From IMG/VR virus record IMGVR_UViG_3300042503_000400, positions 1-54,835 of that record: a stretch of 54,835 nucleotides of DNA, one strand, 5' to 3'. The stretch comes from a virus (taxonomy: Duplodnaviria > Caudoviricetes). Position 1 is the stretch's first letter, and each line of letters starts with the position of its first letter. Both the position numbers and the translations under genes were made by a program. Below are positions 36,148 to 44,699 of the stretch, piece by piece. A model generated the notes under the pieces. The model was given only the letters and a program-made list of their open reading frames with translations. It was not told the origin of the DNA and ran no database searches.

Positions 36148-36176
36148 TAGTTGGCCTCCAATGCGGTGATGGTCAT
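36147..36176 (-). pseudogene. 9-aa mini-ORF (MTITALEAN), probable deletion scar
   Basis: Has its own GAGGAG RBS; TAATG-coupled to the next gene. Confidence 0.5.
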
Positions 36177-36187
36177 GGCTCTACTCC

Positions 36188-36514
36188 TCACCATGAAAAC
36201 GCTGCCGGAGCAGCCTGCGAGAGAGCCGGGACGCTCTCCTCTCGTTTTGCGACAAGCTCGGACAGCTCACGCTCCATGTCTGCGACCGCCTGCTCACCTA
36301 GAGCCTGCTTGACCCAAGACACAACGGTGTCCTTGCTCAGGTCACCAAGAGCCGTAAACGACGAAGGATTGGGCGCTGCGAGGGTCACGGAGCCATGGGC
36401 ACCCTGCACTACCTCTGCGTCAAACTTCTGGTACAGGGAGTAGCCGACCTCAACAGCAACCTGCCCGAGGGTGGCATCCTCAACGACCTTAGGTCCGTAT
36501 ACGTTCCATTCCAT
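36188..36514 (-). CDS. Tail-fibre-associated small protein
   Basis: GSVTL…F…LSKDTVVSWVK.ALG…W pattern; GAGGGG RBS. Confidence 0.65.
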   Translation of the reverse strand: MEWNVYGPKVVEDATLGQVAVEVGYSLYQKFDAEVVQGAHGSVTLAAPNPSSFTALGDLSKDTVVSWVKQALGEQAVADMERELSELVAKREESVPALSQAAPAAFSW

Positions 36515-36525
36515 GGTGTCACCCC

Positions 36526-37212
36526 TCAGTTCAAAAAGACGATTTCGGCCCAGTAATTAGGCGTACCGCCACTGCCGTTAGTTACAGTAATACGTGGAGA
36601 ACCCCCGTTATTAGTAAAGGTTGCAGTGCCGTTAAACTCGTATTGAGCAACTTTGCTCAAGGCCAGCGCATGCCCGTTAAAGTTAGTTGTGTATAGGCCG
36701 ACAGCTTGAACTTGGTGGTTGAATGTAAGAGAGGTCATCGTAACAAAGAAAAACCGAGATTGGTTTTCTGCACTCCCAGAGCCTTGGCCAACAAAACCTG
36801 AAATGTCTATGTTGTAGGTTCCGGTTGTTCCAGCACTCACTCCAGCAGCGTAAATAAAGCCTCTGCGCCGTTGAGGGAAGAGAACTTCCCCGTTCACATG
36901 TAATAGGGTGCTAGGCGAAGTTGTCCCGACCCCAAGCCGCCCGCTGCTATCAAACCGAGCAGCCTCAACGCCACCCTCAGAGAAGGCAATCGTATCAGCC
37001 GCCGGGAAGAAGATACCCGTGTTGCTGTCACCCGTGGGGTAGATCGCAGGCGCACCCGCGCTGCCCGCTGGCACCTCGTTGGCGAGACCCGAGACGTTCA
37101 CAGTCCCCGTCGCATCCGGCAGCGTCAGCGTCCGATCCGTGTTGCTATTGGGCGAGGCGAGGGTGAAGTTCCCCGTGCCAGAGGCGTTCGGCGTGAGTGC
37201 GATTTTGCTCAT
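36526..37212 (-). CDS. Tail fibre protein
   Basis: MSKIALTPNASGTG…TLTLPDATG…NTGIFFPAADTIAF…GVGTTSP; TGATG coupling. Confidence 0.75.
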   Translation of the reverse strand: MSKIALTPNASGTGNFTLASPNSNTDRTLTLPDATGTVNVSGLANEVPAGSAGAPAIYPTGDSNTGIFFPAADTIAFSEGGVEAARFDSSGRLGVGTTSPSTLLHVNGEVLFPQRRRGFIYAAGVSAGTTGTYNIDISGFVGQGSGSAENQSRFFFVTMTSLTFNHQVQAVGLYTTNFNGHALALSKVAQYEFNGTATFTNNGGSPRITVTNGSGGTPNYWAEIVFLN

Positions 37213-37787
37213 CAGATCACCACGTATCTTGCGCCGGATTCGACCGTAACGGTGATGCCGGAGTTGATAGTTATTGGGCCAGTAGACATCCCATTGCGAC
37301 CGGTCACAAGCGTGACGTTCTCGGTGACCGTAGCCGAGTTCTCGTAGATCGCGTCCGACGTAGCACCGCCGCCGCCACCAATCGCCCCCCACGCCGTACC
37401 GTCATAGCCCTCGAAGGATGCAGCGTCGGTGTTAAACCGGAGGTAGCCAGCCGAGGGAGAGCCATCACGTTCCGACTCGTCGCCGGTGGGTATAACTGCA
37501 GAACCAGTTGCAGAAGTCTGCGCAACCGCATCTCCCGGCTGGAGCGCACTGTCAGCTGTACTACCCTGCGCCGCAGTGGCGTAATCCGTCGCATCGGTAG
37601 TGGCTGCAGTGCCCAACCCGAGGGTCGTGCGCGCGGCACCAGCATCCGCGTCGTCGATCAGGCTTGCACCAAACGTGGAGATGGTCGAGGTCTCGACCTT
37701 GTCGCTGTTCAGGTTGTTGAAGTTGGCGTCCACCTCAGCGTTCGTTAAGGGGGCGCCTTTGCCGGATCGCGTTACGATGGTCGCCAT
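37212..37787 (-). CDS. Tail fibre proximal protein
   Basis: TRSGKGAPLTNAEVDANF, IPTG…R…GYLRFN…FEGY and GPITINSG motifs. Confidence 0.75.
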   Translation of the reverse strand: MATIVTRSGKGAPLTNAEVDANFNNLNSDKVETSTISTFGASLIDDADAGAARTTLGLGTAATTDATDYATAAQGSTADSALQPGDAVAQTSATGSAVIPTGDESERDGSPSAGYLRFNTDAASFEGYDGTAWGAIGGGGGATSDAIYENSATVTENVTLVTGRNGMSTGPITINSGITVTVESGARYVVI

Positions 37788-37795
37788 GTATCACC

Positions 37796-38257
37796 TCATG
37801 CCGCCGACAGGGTCACGGTCCACGTGATCTGCAGGGTGTCGCCAGCCTGCTTGTTGACCACCGGGAACACAGTGCGGCAGAGCATCGTGCCGCTCGTAGA
37901 GGCGTTGAAAATGCCGGCCTCCGTCACTGCACCGGTGGCTTCGCCGGGGTCGAACGTCGTCGCGTAGACAATGCTCTCGTTGCTGCCGCCACTCTGCGTG
38001 GCGCTGCCCAGCGCTTTGCGCGAGCCGATCAGCGAGCCGAGGTTGGTGTCACCCGCAGCGGCCGGGCTAGTTCCGGCGCCTAGCCCCATGTGGCTCATGA
38101 CCCCAGACGACGTGCCCAACATACGGCTGGTGATGTGCGCAAGCCCAGTGGTCACGATCAAGTTCTTGATCTCGCGCTGGTCCTTGACCGCGCCGTCCGA
38201 CCCGGTGAGGACAATGGTCAGGCGTCCGGAGAGGCCGAGTCTTTCTTTCGAGTTCAT
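37796..38257 (-). CDS. Tail-associated structural protein
   Basis: NLIVTTG…GLGAG…TEAGIFNA…ML.RTVF…K…LQITW pattern; AGGAG RBS. Confidence 0.7.
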   Translation of the reverse strand: MNSKERLGLSGRLTIVLTGSDGAVKDQREIKNLIVTTGLAHITSRMLGTSSGVMSHMGLGAGTSPAAAGDTNLGSLIGSRKALGSATQSGGSNESIVYATTFDPGEATGAVTEAGIFNASTSGTMLCRTVFPVVNKQAGDTLQITWTVTLSAA

Positions 38258-38268
38258 CTAGTATCTCC

Positions 38269-39069
38269 TTAGAAGGTTCGGGCTTCGCCGACATAGTCCT
38301 CTGCGAAGTATGTAAAATCGCAGTAGTCTTGCATCCGGATAGAACCGCTATCCGCGATAGACGCTGCGTCCACAATACCAAGATTTGCGGCGATTACAAC
38401 AGTGTCGACTGCACCTGCGCCATCCACGATGCGCTTGTTCGGCACCACGTTCGGGAAGTCAGCCACTGTGTACTGATCGGCGAAGGGTTTGGCCGCTGAC
38501 AGTTCAGATACCGACAGCACATCAGCCGCGTCTGCGAACGCAAGGATGCGCGTGAATACAATACTGTCCACCATCGACACTGCGTCGGTGGGGCCTATCA
38601 GCATGTTCAGCGCGAAAAGCGTGTCCGCAGCAGCGACGCTTTCGCTGAGCGGTTTGGTGAACGACAGCTCGATCGAGACGATCGTGTACCCCGGGTCGGT
38701 ATAGTCCTCCGCGAAGTACGCACCCTCCTCGATCTTGGGGTTCTCGAATAACCCCTTGCTGATCTGGAACGGCGACAGTGCATCGTCGACCTCCACAGCG
38801 TCGGCGAAGCGCTTGTTTGGCACCACATCAGGGAAGTCGGCCACGGTGTACTGATCGGCGAACGGCTTCGCCATAGACATGTCAGTGTCGGAAAACAGCC
38901 TGACCACATCGGCGCGTGTCAAAAATTTGACAAACACGCCGAGCACATAGTTGTAGACGATGTACGGGACCTGAACCGCAGCAGACATGACAGGTACCGC
39001 GGCCGCAGCCCGGACCTGTACCGCTGAGATCGCCGCGCGGATGCGCGGTATGGTCTCGTTTATCTTCAC
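38269..39069 (-). CDS. Virion structural protein with internal repeats
   Basis: GTGA overlap start; duplicated AKPFADQYTVADFP.VVPNKR and YFAEDY. Confidence 0.6.
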   Translation of the reverse strand: MKINETIPRIRAAISAVQVRAAAAVPVMSAAVQVPYIVYNYVLGVFVKFLTRADVVRLFSDTDMSMAKPFADQYTVADFPDVVPNKRFADAVEVDDALSPFQISKGLFENPKIEEGAYFAEDYTDPGYTIVSIELSFTKPLSESVAAADTLFALNMLIGPTDAVSMVDSIVFTRILAFADAADVLSVSELSAAKPFADQYTVADFPNVVPNKRIVDGAGAVDTVVIAANLGIVDAASIADSGSIRMQDYCDFTYFAEDYVGEARTF

Positions 39070-39413
39070 TCGAAGTCGTCTCTGATCCGGAACTGCAGCG
39101 GGTCGTACACAGTCTGGCGCACGCCGGTCTGCAAGAGCACCTCGACCTCGCCCTCGTAGTACCCCGCCGGGTGATCGAGGTCGCCTGCCTGCCACACGAT
39201 AATAGCCACGCCCTGCGTCGCCGTTGGCGACGGGATCGTCAGCGCACGAGAGAACAGCGTGTCGCCCCCGACTGCGCGGAAGTGCAGCGTCGCCGTGGCG
39301 CCGGACAAGTTGATCGCGGCACCCGTGGACTCGTCTGTCAGCGTGAGGCTGACCTGCGGGCCGGTGTCGTTGCGGACCAGCTTGATCCGGGTGTCAGAGA
39401 TGCGTGGGTCCAA
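39066..39413 (-). CDS. BppU-N/Ig-like tail adaptor protein
   Basis: LVRNDT.P…INLSGA…GYYEGEVEV…QTVYD pattern; TTG start with AGGAGG RBS. Confidence 0.65.
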   Translation of the reverse strand: MDPRISDTRIKLVRNDTGPQVSLTLTDESTGAAINLSGATATLHFRAVGGDTLFSRALTIPSPTATQGVAIIVWQAGDLDHPAGYYEGEVEVLLQTGVRQTVYDPLQFRIRDDFE

Positions 39414-39422
39414 TGTTTCCTC

Positions 39423-40094
39423 CTACGCGAACTTGGGGCCGCGGACGACGAGCGCAGAGCGGAACGCGCCGAGGTTGGTCTTGGCCCGCGCCGATGTGAC
39501 GGCGAACAGAAACTGCTTTGCGTGATAGGCAGCAAGTTCCCGATCGGTCCAGTCCACGTTCGGCAGCACCAGCAGATGCTGCAATGCGCCGTGCAGGATG
39601 GCATCCTCGAACTCGTCGAAGACAGCCTGATCCATATCGGACGAGCTGCGGGTCGGCTTGAGCGCGAACGTCATCGACAGCGTGTAGGTACGCTCTGCGT
39701 CGGGCATCGGGAAGACACGGTACCGGTTGGCGCCCACTTGCGCGATCATGCGTGGCTCGGAGCCAAGCTCGGCGATCTCCGCTGGCACTGTGGTGGTGGC
39801 CGGCCACTCCGTAATCATCGCGGCTGCAGCGTCGTAGGACAAGACCTGCGCGGGGGTTCCGTTGATGTCAGTCCGCACCACAGCCTGCACCATCGTGTCG
39901 GGCGGGGCCGCGAAATCATACTCAGCTCGCCCGGGCGTCAGCGTGATGGGTGGGGCAGTGTACCGCCACGCCAAGGTGCGCTCGCAGACCCGGATGGCCG
40001 AGTCGCGGATGTAGTCCACGACCACCGGGTAGGCGCAAGAAGGGGCGCTGGCCGAGACTTTGGCGCTGAGCGTGGAGAAGGCACGCGTTTCCAT
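39423..40094 (-). CDS. Head-tail adaptor / tail tubular protein A-like
   Basis: C…IR..AI..CERT.AW…I.HGAL..L…W pattern. Confidence 0.65.
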   Translation of the reverse strand: METRAFSTLSAKVSASAPSCAYPVVVDYIRDSAIRVCERTLAWRYTAPPITLTPGRAEYDFAAPPDTMVQAVVRTDINGTPAQVLSYDAAAAMITEWPATTTVPAEIAELGSEPRMIAQVGANRYRVFPMPDAERTYTLSMTFALKPTRSSSDMDQAVFDEFEDAILHGALQHLLVLPNVDWTDRELAAYHAKQFLFAVTSARAKTNLGAFRSALVVRGPKFA

Positions 40095-40735
40095 CAGGCA
40101 CCTCTGCTTTGCGTGGGCATCGTTTCTTTGTCGGTGACGACGCGCGCCTGCAGGTCAACACCAAGCGACTGGCTGAACGAGTCCATGAACAGCTTGGCGC
40201 GGCCGGAGTCGACGTTCTCGTCGTCGATCGACGAGGCGAGGAACACCACACCGTCCACCAGTTGCGGCAGGTAGCCGTCGGACGGAGCGTCCATCACCTC
40301 GTCTAGGGCGTAGTCCCCCGGCACCGCGACGTACTCCAGCATGACCGTCGTGTTGGGCAGCGGCTTGGGGTACACGAAGAACTTGGTCGGGTTGCGCTCG
40401 TGGCGCATGAAGTTAAGGGGCGTGCCCGCCGGATCAGAGACCCACTGCGGATACGCACGCTGGAACATCGGCCGCTCGACCTCCGTGACGGAGTTGCGCC
40501 CCACGACGTAGTAGATGTCCACCAGTCGGTGAGCGTCGGCCGGGAGTTCCTGCATGACATCATTCGCCGTCAGCGCGACTGTGGTCATCTTGTTGAACAG
40601 ATCAGGGCGCATGCCGAGCATGCGCTTGACGGTCTGGTTCACGTAGCCCAGCAGGTCGGCGTCGCTGTAACGCAGGGGGGCCCGCGTGTCCTGCAGCAAC
40701 TTCCGCGCTTCAACGATGATGTCCGCTGGTGTCAT
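40094..40735 (-). CDS. Head-tail adaptor (DUF6682-like)
   Basis: LLQD…YS..DLL…RPDL…FFVYPKP motifs. Confidence 0.7.
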   Translation of the reverse strand: MTPADIIVEARKLLQDTRAPLRYSDADLLGYVNQTVKRMLGMRPDLFNKMTTVALTANDVMQELPADAHRLVDIYYVVGRNSVTEVERPMFQRAYPQWVSDPAGTPLNFMRHERNPTKFFVYPKPLPNTTVMLEYVAVPGDYALDEVMDAPSDGYLPQLVDGVVFLASSIDDENVDSGRAKLFMDSFSQSLGVDLQARVVTDKETMPTQSRGA

Positions 40736-40977
40736 TCAGGCAAGTCCCTTGAGGCGTCGGCCGACAGTTCCGGCGAAGTATACACGGGTTGCTCAGGGAT
40801 GTCATCCGTGGCGAGGTCGAGTTTCTTCACCCGCCGCTTGGCCTTCTCCACCACCGCCGTGGCGAAGCGCTCCGGGTACGCTTCCTCCTCGGTCACCTCC
40901 TCGCACTTCGGGTGCCGAGCGAGTGTTTCGTTCCACTCGTAGATGAAGCCGTCGACTTTGTTCCGCAGGTATCTCAT
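40732..40977 (-). CDS. Hypothetical protein
   Basis: 81 aa, ATGA-coupled. Confidence 0.7.
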   Translation of the reverse strand: MRYLRNKVDGFIYEWNETLARHPKCEEVTEEEAYPERFATAVVEKAKRRVKKLDLATDDIPEQPVYTSPELSADASRDLPE

Positions 40978-41114
40978 TTCTTCTTCCCCTTCTTGGTGAC
41001 ACCCTTGACGGTGCCCTTGTTCTCGGATGCGTAGAACACCCGCTCGCCTTGCTCTTTCCCGTACTGCTTCTGCATGGCAGCCTTAATCTTCTTGCCCTTG
41101 GCGTTCAGCGGCAT
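40974..41114 (-). CDS. 46-aa basic protein (not in ORF track)
   Basis: MPLNAKGKKIKAAMQKQYGKEQGERVFYASENKGTVKGVTKKGKKK*; GAGGA RBS. Confidence 0.7.
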   Translation of the reverse strand: MPLNAKGKKIKAAMQKQYGKEQGERVFYASENKGTVKGVTKKGKKK

Positions 41115-41115
41115 G

Positions 41116-41346
41116 TTACGTCCTCTTACCCGATGGTTTGACCGGCCACGACTTGCGCGCAGGGCCCGTCTTCTTGGTCGCCATGGTGCGCTTTTCTGTC
41201 GCGCTCATCTTTGCAGCAGCAGCGGCGGGACGACAAGCCGGGTAGGCACGCGAGGACTTCTCAGACCCGGAGCGACCGCACTCCTTGCCAGTCTTGACGT
41301 CGACCCACTTCTCACCAAACCACTTGCCGAGCCCACCCTTGCTCAT
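41116..41346 (-). CDS. Small basic protein (DUF5872-like C-terminal half)
   Basis: GLGKWFGEKWVDVKTGKECGRS…YPACRP. Confidence 0.65.
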   Translation of the reverse strand: MSKGGLGKWFGEKWVDVKTGKECGRSGSEKSSRAYPACRPAAAAAKMSATEKRTMATKKTGPARKSWPVKPSGKRT

Positions 41347-41510
41347 TTCTTCACCCGATTGTCCGGGCCGCTCCACCCACCGCCGCGCTTCTTGTACTCC
41401 TTGGCAGCCCACGCGTTGGCGTAGGCAGAGGGGTACACGTCGAACTTGGTCTTAGCCGCGGCTTTGACCTTGGACCAGAGTGCGGGGTTGGTTGGTTTGG
41501 GGCTCGCCAT
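41343..41510 (-). CDS. Small basic protein (DUF5872-like N-terminal half; not in ORF track)
   Basis: MASPKPTNPALWSKVKAAAKTKFDVYPSAYANAWAAKEYKKRGGGW…*. Confidence 0.65.
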   Translation of the reverse strand: MASPKPTNPALWSKVKAAAKTKFDVYPSAYANAWAAKEYKKRGGGWSGPDNRVKK

Positions 41511-41511
41511 G

Positions 41512-41766
41512 TCAGCAGTTCCACGCGCGCAGTGACTTGTTGATCCGGCTGTTCGGGTCGTTGGCCGTTTTCTTCGACGTCAGCTTTTTCTTCATGCCCT
41601 CCATCCGGGCGCAGAAGCTGTCCCGGCGGGGACCGCCCTCAGGCTGCGGGGCCTTGAGTCCCGGCTTGCCGGGGTTGGCCTTGTTGTAGCTGGCCCGACC
41701 CTTGGCGTTGAGCCCGCCGGATTCACTCTTGCCTTCCTTGCGGGTCCACGCTGGAGTCTTGGCCAT
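41512..41766 (-). CDS. Small basic protein (DUF6321-like)
   Basis: PAWTRKEGK…GGLNAKGRASY…RRDSFCARM…SRINKSLRAWNC. Confidence 0.75.
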   Translation of the reverse strand: MAKTPAWTRKEGKSESGGLNAKGRASYNKANPGKPGLKAPQPEGGPRRDSFCARMEGMKKKLTSKKTANDPNSRINKSLRAWNC

Positions 41767-42728
41767 TATGCGATCCTCTCAGACACGATGATTGCCGAAG
41801 GAGTTACCGGAGCAATAGCGCCGGCCGCAGTGTGGTCGAGCGTTATAGCTGCGTTTTCTGGCAGCCACAACACCTGCACGTACTGCCCGGCGGTGACCGT
41901 CACATAGAAAACGATCTGGAAATAAGCCGCGCCGCCGTCTCCCGCCTTCGGTACAGTGACTCGGGTGGCAGACCGTGCGATGTTCGTGCCGTCCAGCGCG
42001 AACCAGATCGTGGCGTCGTGATCGTTGGTGTCGGAGTTCGCCAGCTGCAGACTGGGCGCAACCATGTAGGTTCCGGCCGCGGCAAAGGTCAGGCGAGTCA
42101 AGTTGGTACCATCGGTGACCATGGTGATGCCGGCGCCCACAACCTCGGTCGTACCGAACTTGACTGCTGTGGCAGCAGACACACTGCCGGTCTGGTCTGT
42201 CACGTCCGAGAAGCAGGCAAAGGCCCGGCCAGTGATCGTGGTGAAAGGCACTTTACCGCTGAGCACGTCGATGTTCGTTACGTTCACCTCACCCGTACCC
42301 TTGGGCGTGATGTTGATATTGATGTTGGTGTCGGTCCCGTCTGCCGAGATCGTGTTCTCGGTGATCGTGAGACCAGTCTCGGCGTCGCCGGTAGACAGCG
42401 TGTCGGACTCAATGAGAATGATGCCAGTGAAGCTGCCGGGGAACGATGCCCCCGTGATCGTGCCGCCGGTGATCTCCACGTTGTCGATGACGACGGCGCC
42501 GCTGCCGTCCGGGGACAGGATCAAGTCGCCGTTGGTGTTCGTCGTGCTGATGGTGTTCCCGTCGATGCGGATGTTGTCGACCTCGATGTTGGTCGTGCCG
42601 ACCTTGAGCGCAGTCGCCGTGCCCGTGCCGCTGTACACCGTCTTGGGTGTAGCCTCAGGCCCGCCGTCGATGTGCAGCAGTTGCGAGAAGCTGTCTTTAA
42701 CTTTTTCTGCTGTCAGGTTGGTGGCCAT
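41766..42728 (-). CDS. Virion fibre/spike-like protein with C-terminal beta-sandwich
   Basis: DNIRIDGNTISTTNTNGDL and NINITPKGTG fibre repeats; AAGGAG RBS. Confidence 0.65.
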   Translation of the reverse strand: MATNLTAEKVKDSFSQLLHIDGGPEATPKTVYSGTGTATALKVGTTNIEVDNIRIDGNTISTTNTNGDLILSPDGSGAVVIDNVEITGGTITGASFPGSFTGIILIESDTLSTGDAETGLTITENTISADGTDTNININITPKGTGEVNVTNIDVLSGKVPFTTITGRAFACFSDVTDQTGSVSAATAVKFGTTEVVGAGITMVTDGTNLTRLTFAAAGTYMVAPSLQLANSDTNDHDATIWFALDGTNIARSATRVTVPKAGDGGAAYFQIVFYVTVTAGQYVQVLWLPENAAITLDHTAAGAIAPVTPSAIIVSERIA

Positions 42729-42746
42729 GGTGCGCTCCTTGAAGAA

Positions 42747-42768
42747 GCGAGGCCCCGAAGGGCCTCGC
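42747..42768 (-). terminator. Rho-independent terminator after the capsid gene block
   Basis: On the minus strand GCGAGGCCC-TTCG-GGGCCTCGC followed by TTCTT. Confidence 0.65.
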
Positions 42769-42773
42769 AATTA

Positions 42774-43214
42774 TTACGACGGCAACAGCGGAATGGTGAA
42801 CCAATCCACGTCGTCGATGGCGACGAACATCGCAGCAGTCTTAGCTGCCATGTTCAACGAGCCGGTGGTGGCCGTGCCGCTGTTGATCTTGTCGCTTGCA
42901 CCGGGGTACACCTTCAAGATCGCGTTGGCTGCGTCAGCGTTTTTCACGATGACGATCTTACCAGCTGCAGCTGCCGGCAGCTTCACACCCTTAGTGCCAT
43001 CAGCACCAGTTGCATGAACCACACCGTAGGCGGCGATGGCGCCAGCGTTCGTGTTGTCCGAACCAGCTGCGGCAACAGCCGCAACCGGAAGGGTCACGTT
43101 GCCCGTGACACCGCCCGAAGCAGTCAAGTCGCCGGTAACAGTCAGCGTCTGCAGGGTTGCATTGCCGCTGTTGATCCGGACGTTGTCCTGCGAGATACCG
43201 CTATAGACACCCAT
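42774..43214 (-). CDS. Putative capsid decoration protein
   Basis: 146 aa after the capsid genes; GVKLP…KVYP..GA.IN pattern; AGGAG RBS. Confidence 0.55.
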   Translation of the reverse strand: MGVYSGISQDNVRINSGNATLQTLTVTGDLTASGGVTGNVTLPVAAVAAAGSDNTNAGAIAAYGVVHATGADGTKGVKLPAAAAGKIVIVKNADAANAILKVYPGASDKINSGTATTGSLNMAAKTAAMFVAIDDVDWFTIPLLPS

Positions 43215-43236
43215 TTTCAGTCTCCTTTGTTGGGGA

Positions 43237-43258
43237 GGTAGGGGCCGAAGCCCCTACC
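43237..43258 (-). terminator. C(UUCG)G hairpin between structural genes
   Basis: GGTAGGGGC-TTCG-GCCCCTACC; no U-tract. Confidence 0.5.
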
Positions 43259-43259
43259 A

Positions 43260-43736
43260 TCAGGCCGACGGAATGGTGCCGAGTTCAGCGCCCATGTTGA
43301 CCACTGCCAACGAGACCTTAACGCGAGCTGCGTTGATGCTGTTGGAGTTCAGGGTCAGCAGGATGCTGGTATCGACTGCGCAGTAGTAGGCTGCCGCATC
43401 AGCGTAGCCACCGGTGGTGCCAACCGCAGCGTTCAGGTCGAAGCCATCGACCCAGAAGTCCACGGTGCCGCCGCCGATGCCGACGTCGACGTTACCCGCA
43501 GCGCCTTCGGCGCGAACGAGCGTGGCCACGCCGCCAAGGACGAAGGCGCCTTTGGGCAGGGTGCCGATGACCAGCGTGTCGGTCGCTGCCAGCGCAGCTG
43601 CGCTGGCAGCGGTGCGGGCTGCCGCGATCTTGGCGAAGTCGAGGTCGATCTCGATCACGCTGACGCGGTCAGTGTAGTTGGCCGAGAAGCCGGCCGAGTT
43701 CTTGGCGAACCCAAGGGAGTCAGTGTAAGCAACCAT
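43260..43736 (-). CDS. Putative capsid cement/decoration protein
   Basis: 158-aa beta-rich protein directly after the MCP; AGGAG RBS. Confidence 0.6.
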   Translation of the reverse strand: MVAYTDSLGFAKNSAGFSANYTDRVSVIEIDLDFAKIAAARTAASAAALAATDTLVIGTLPKGAFVLGGVATLVRAEGAAGNVDVGIGGGTVDFWVDGFDLNAAVGTTGGYADAAAYYCAVDTSILLTLNSNSINAARVKVSLAVVNMGAELGTIPSA

Positions 43737-43748
43737 GATCTGGTCTCC

Positions 43749-44675
43749 TTATGCGAACTGGACGACGGCTTGTGCCAGCGCCTCGGGCTTCGTGACCTTG
43801 TAGCCGTACACCTGCAGGCCGCGCACGATGTTGCCGAAGGTGGACTGAGCGCGGAGAGTTTCCATCTCAGTCATCTGCGACGCGAAGGTGAAGCCCATCT
43901 TGTGACCGGCGATGATCGAGGTCTTGCCGGACGAGACGTTCAGGTTGTGCGACACGTAGAGCGTGAAGCGGTCGATCATGCCGAGACGGCCGTTACGGAT
44001 CGGGCTCGCGCTGTCGCCCGAGAGCGAAGCGTCCTTGAGTTCCGACTTCTTGATGAGACCAGCCATGCGGGCCGGGATCACGAGGAAGCGGTCCGACTCC
44101 GGCACGTTGGCCTCGTCGAGCACGGTGCCCATGTCAACGATCAGGTCGACGACCGGGGTGGTGGTCGAAGCGCCGTCCTTGGTCACGGTCAGCGGAGCGC
44201 CGGTGGTGCCGAGGTTGAAGGCAGCCGACTGCTGACCAGCGGTCGCGCCTTTGTTGGCAGCAGCGATGTCCGGCAGCATGTCGGTCAGAACGCGCTGGTC
44301 GATCTTGACCTTCATCTGCTCCGAAGCATCCTTCGACCACATGTCCATCAGCTTGATGTCCGACTGAACGCGGTCGATGTCGTCTTCAACGCAGGAGAAG
44401 TACTCGCCTTTGTCGATGAGCAGCTGCAGCTTCGGTGAATCCGGGTTCTCGACGACGAGGTTCTGGCCCTTGACGTACTCGCGGATGGTGATGTTGGGCT
44501 GGGTACGGATGTTAACCGTATCGCCCATGCGGCGGATTTCGCCTTCGTAGTCGGTGTTCGAGATCGCCGACAGCACGGTGGCGTCGTAGAAGTTCTCGAT
44601 CAGTTTGCCGGACCAAATCTCGGGGATGAAGTTACCCGAGTAGTTGGGGCGGCCGGGAGCAACGGGATAGGCCAT
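43749..44675 (-). CDS. Major capsid protein (P22 coat-like)
   Basis: NFIPEIWSGKL…YEGEI…GDTVNI…RGLQVYG.KV..PEAL motifs; follows the scaffold gene. Confidence 0.9.
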   Translation of the reverse strand: MAYPVAPGRPNYSGNFIPEIWSGKLIENFYDATVLSAISNTDYEGEIRRMGDTVNIRTQPNITIREYVKGQNLVVENPDSPKLQLLIDKGEYFSCVEDDIDRVQSDIKLMDMWSKDASEQMKVKIDQRVLTDMLPDIAAANKGATAGQQSAAFNLGTTGAPLTVTKDGASTTTPVVDLIVDMGTVLDEANVPESDRFLVIPARMAGLIKKSELKDASLSGDSASPIRNGRLGMIDRFTLYVSHNLNVSSGKTSIIAGHKMGFTFASQMTEMETLRAQSTFGNIVRGLQVYGYKVTKPEALAQAVVQFA

Positions 44676-44699
44676 GTGGTGTCCTTTCACTTAGCCAGT

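Noticed and set aside
34737-37024. Diversity-generating retroelement TR/VR pair
   Set aside because: Differences are mostly synonymous and not adenine-specific; both copies are internal to genes; no reverse transcriptase is present.
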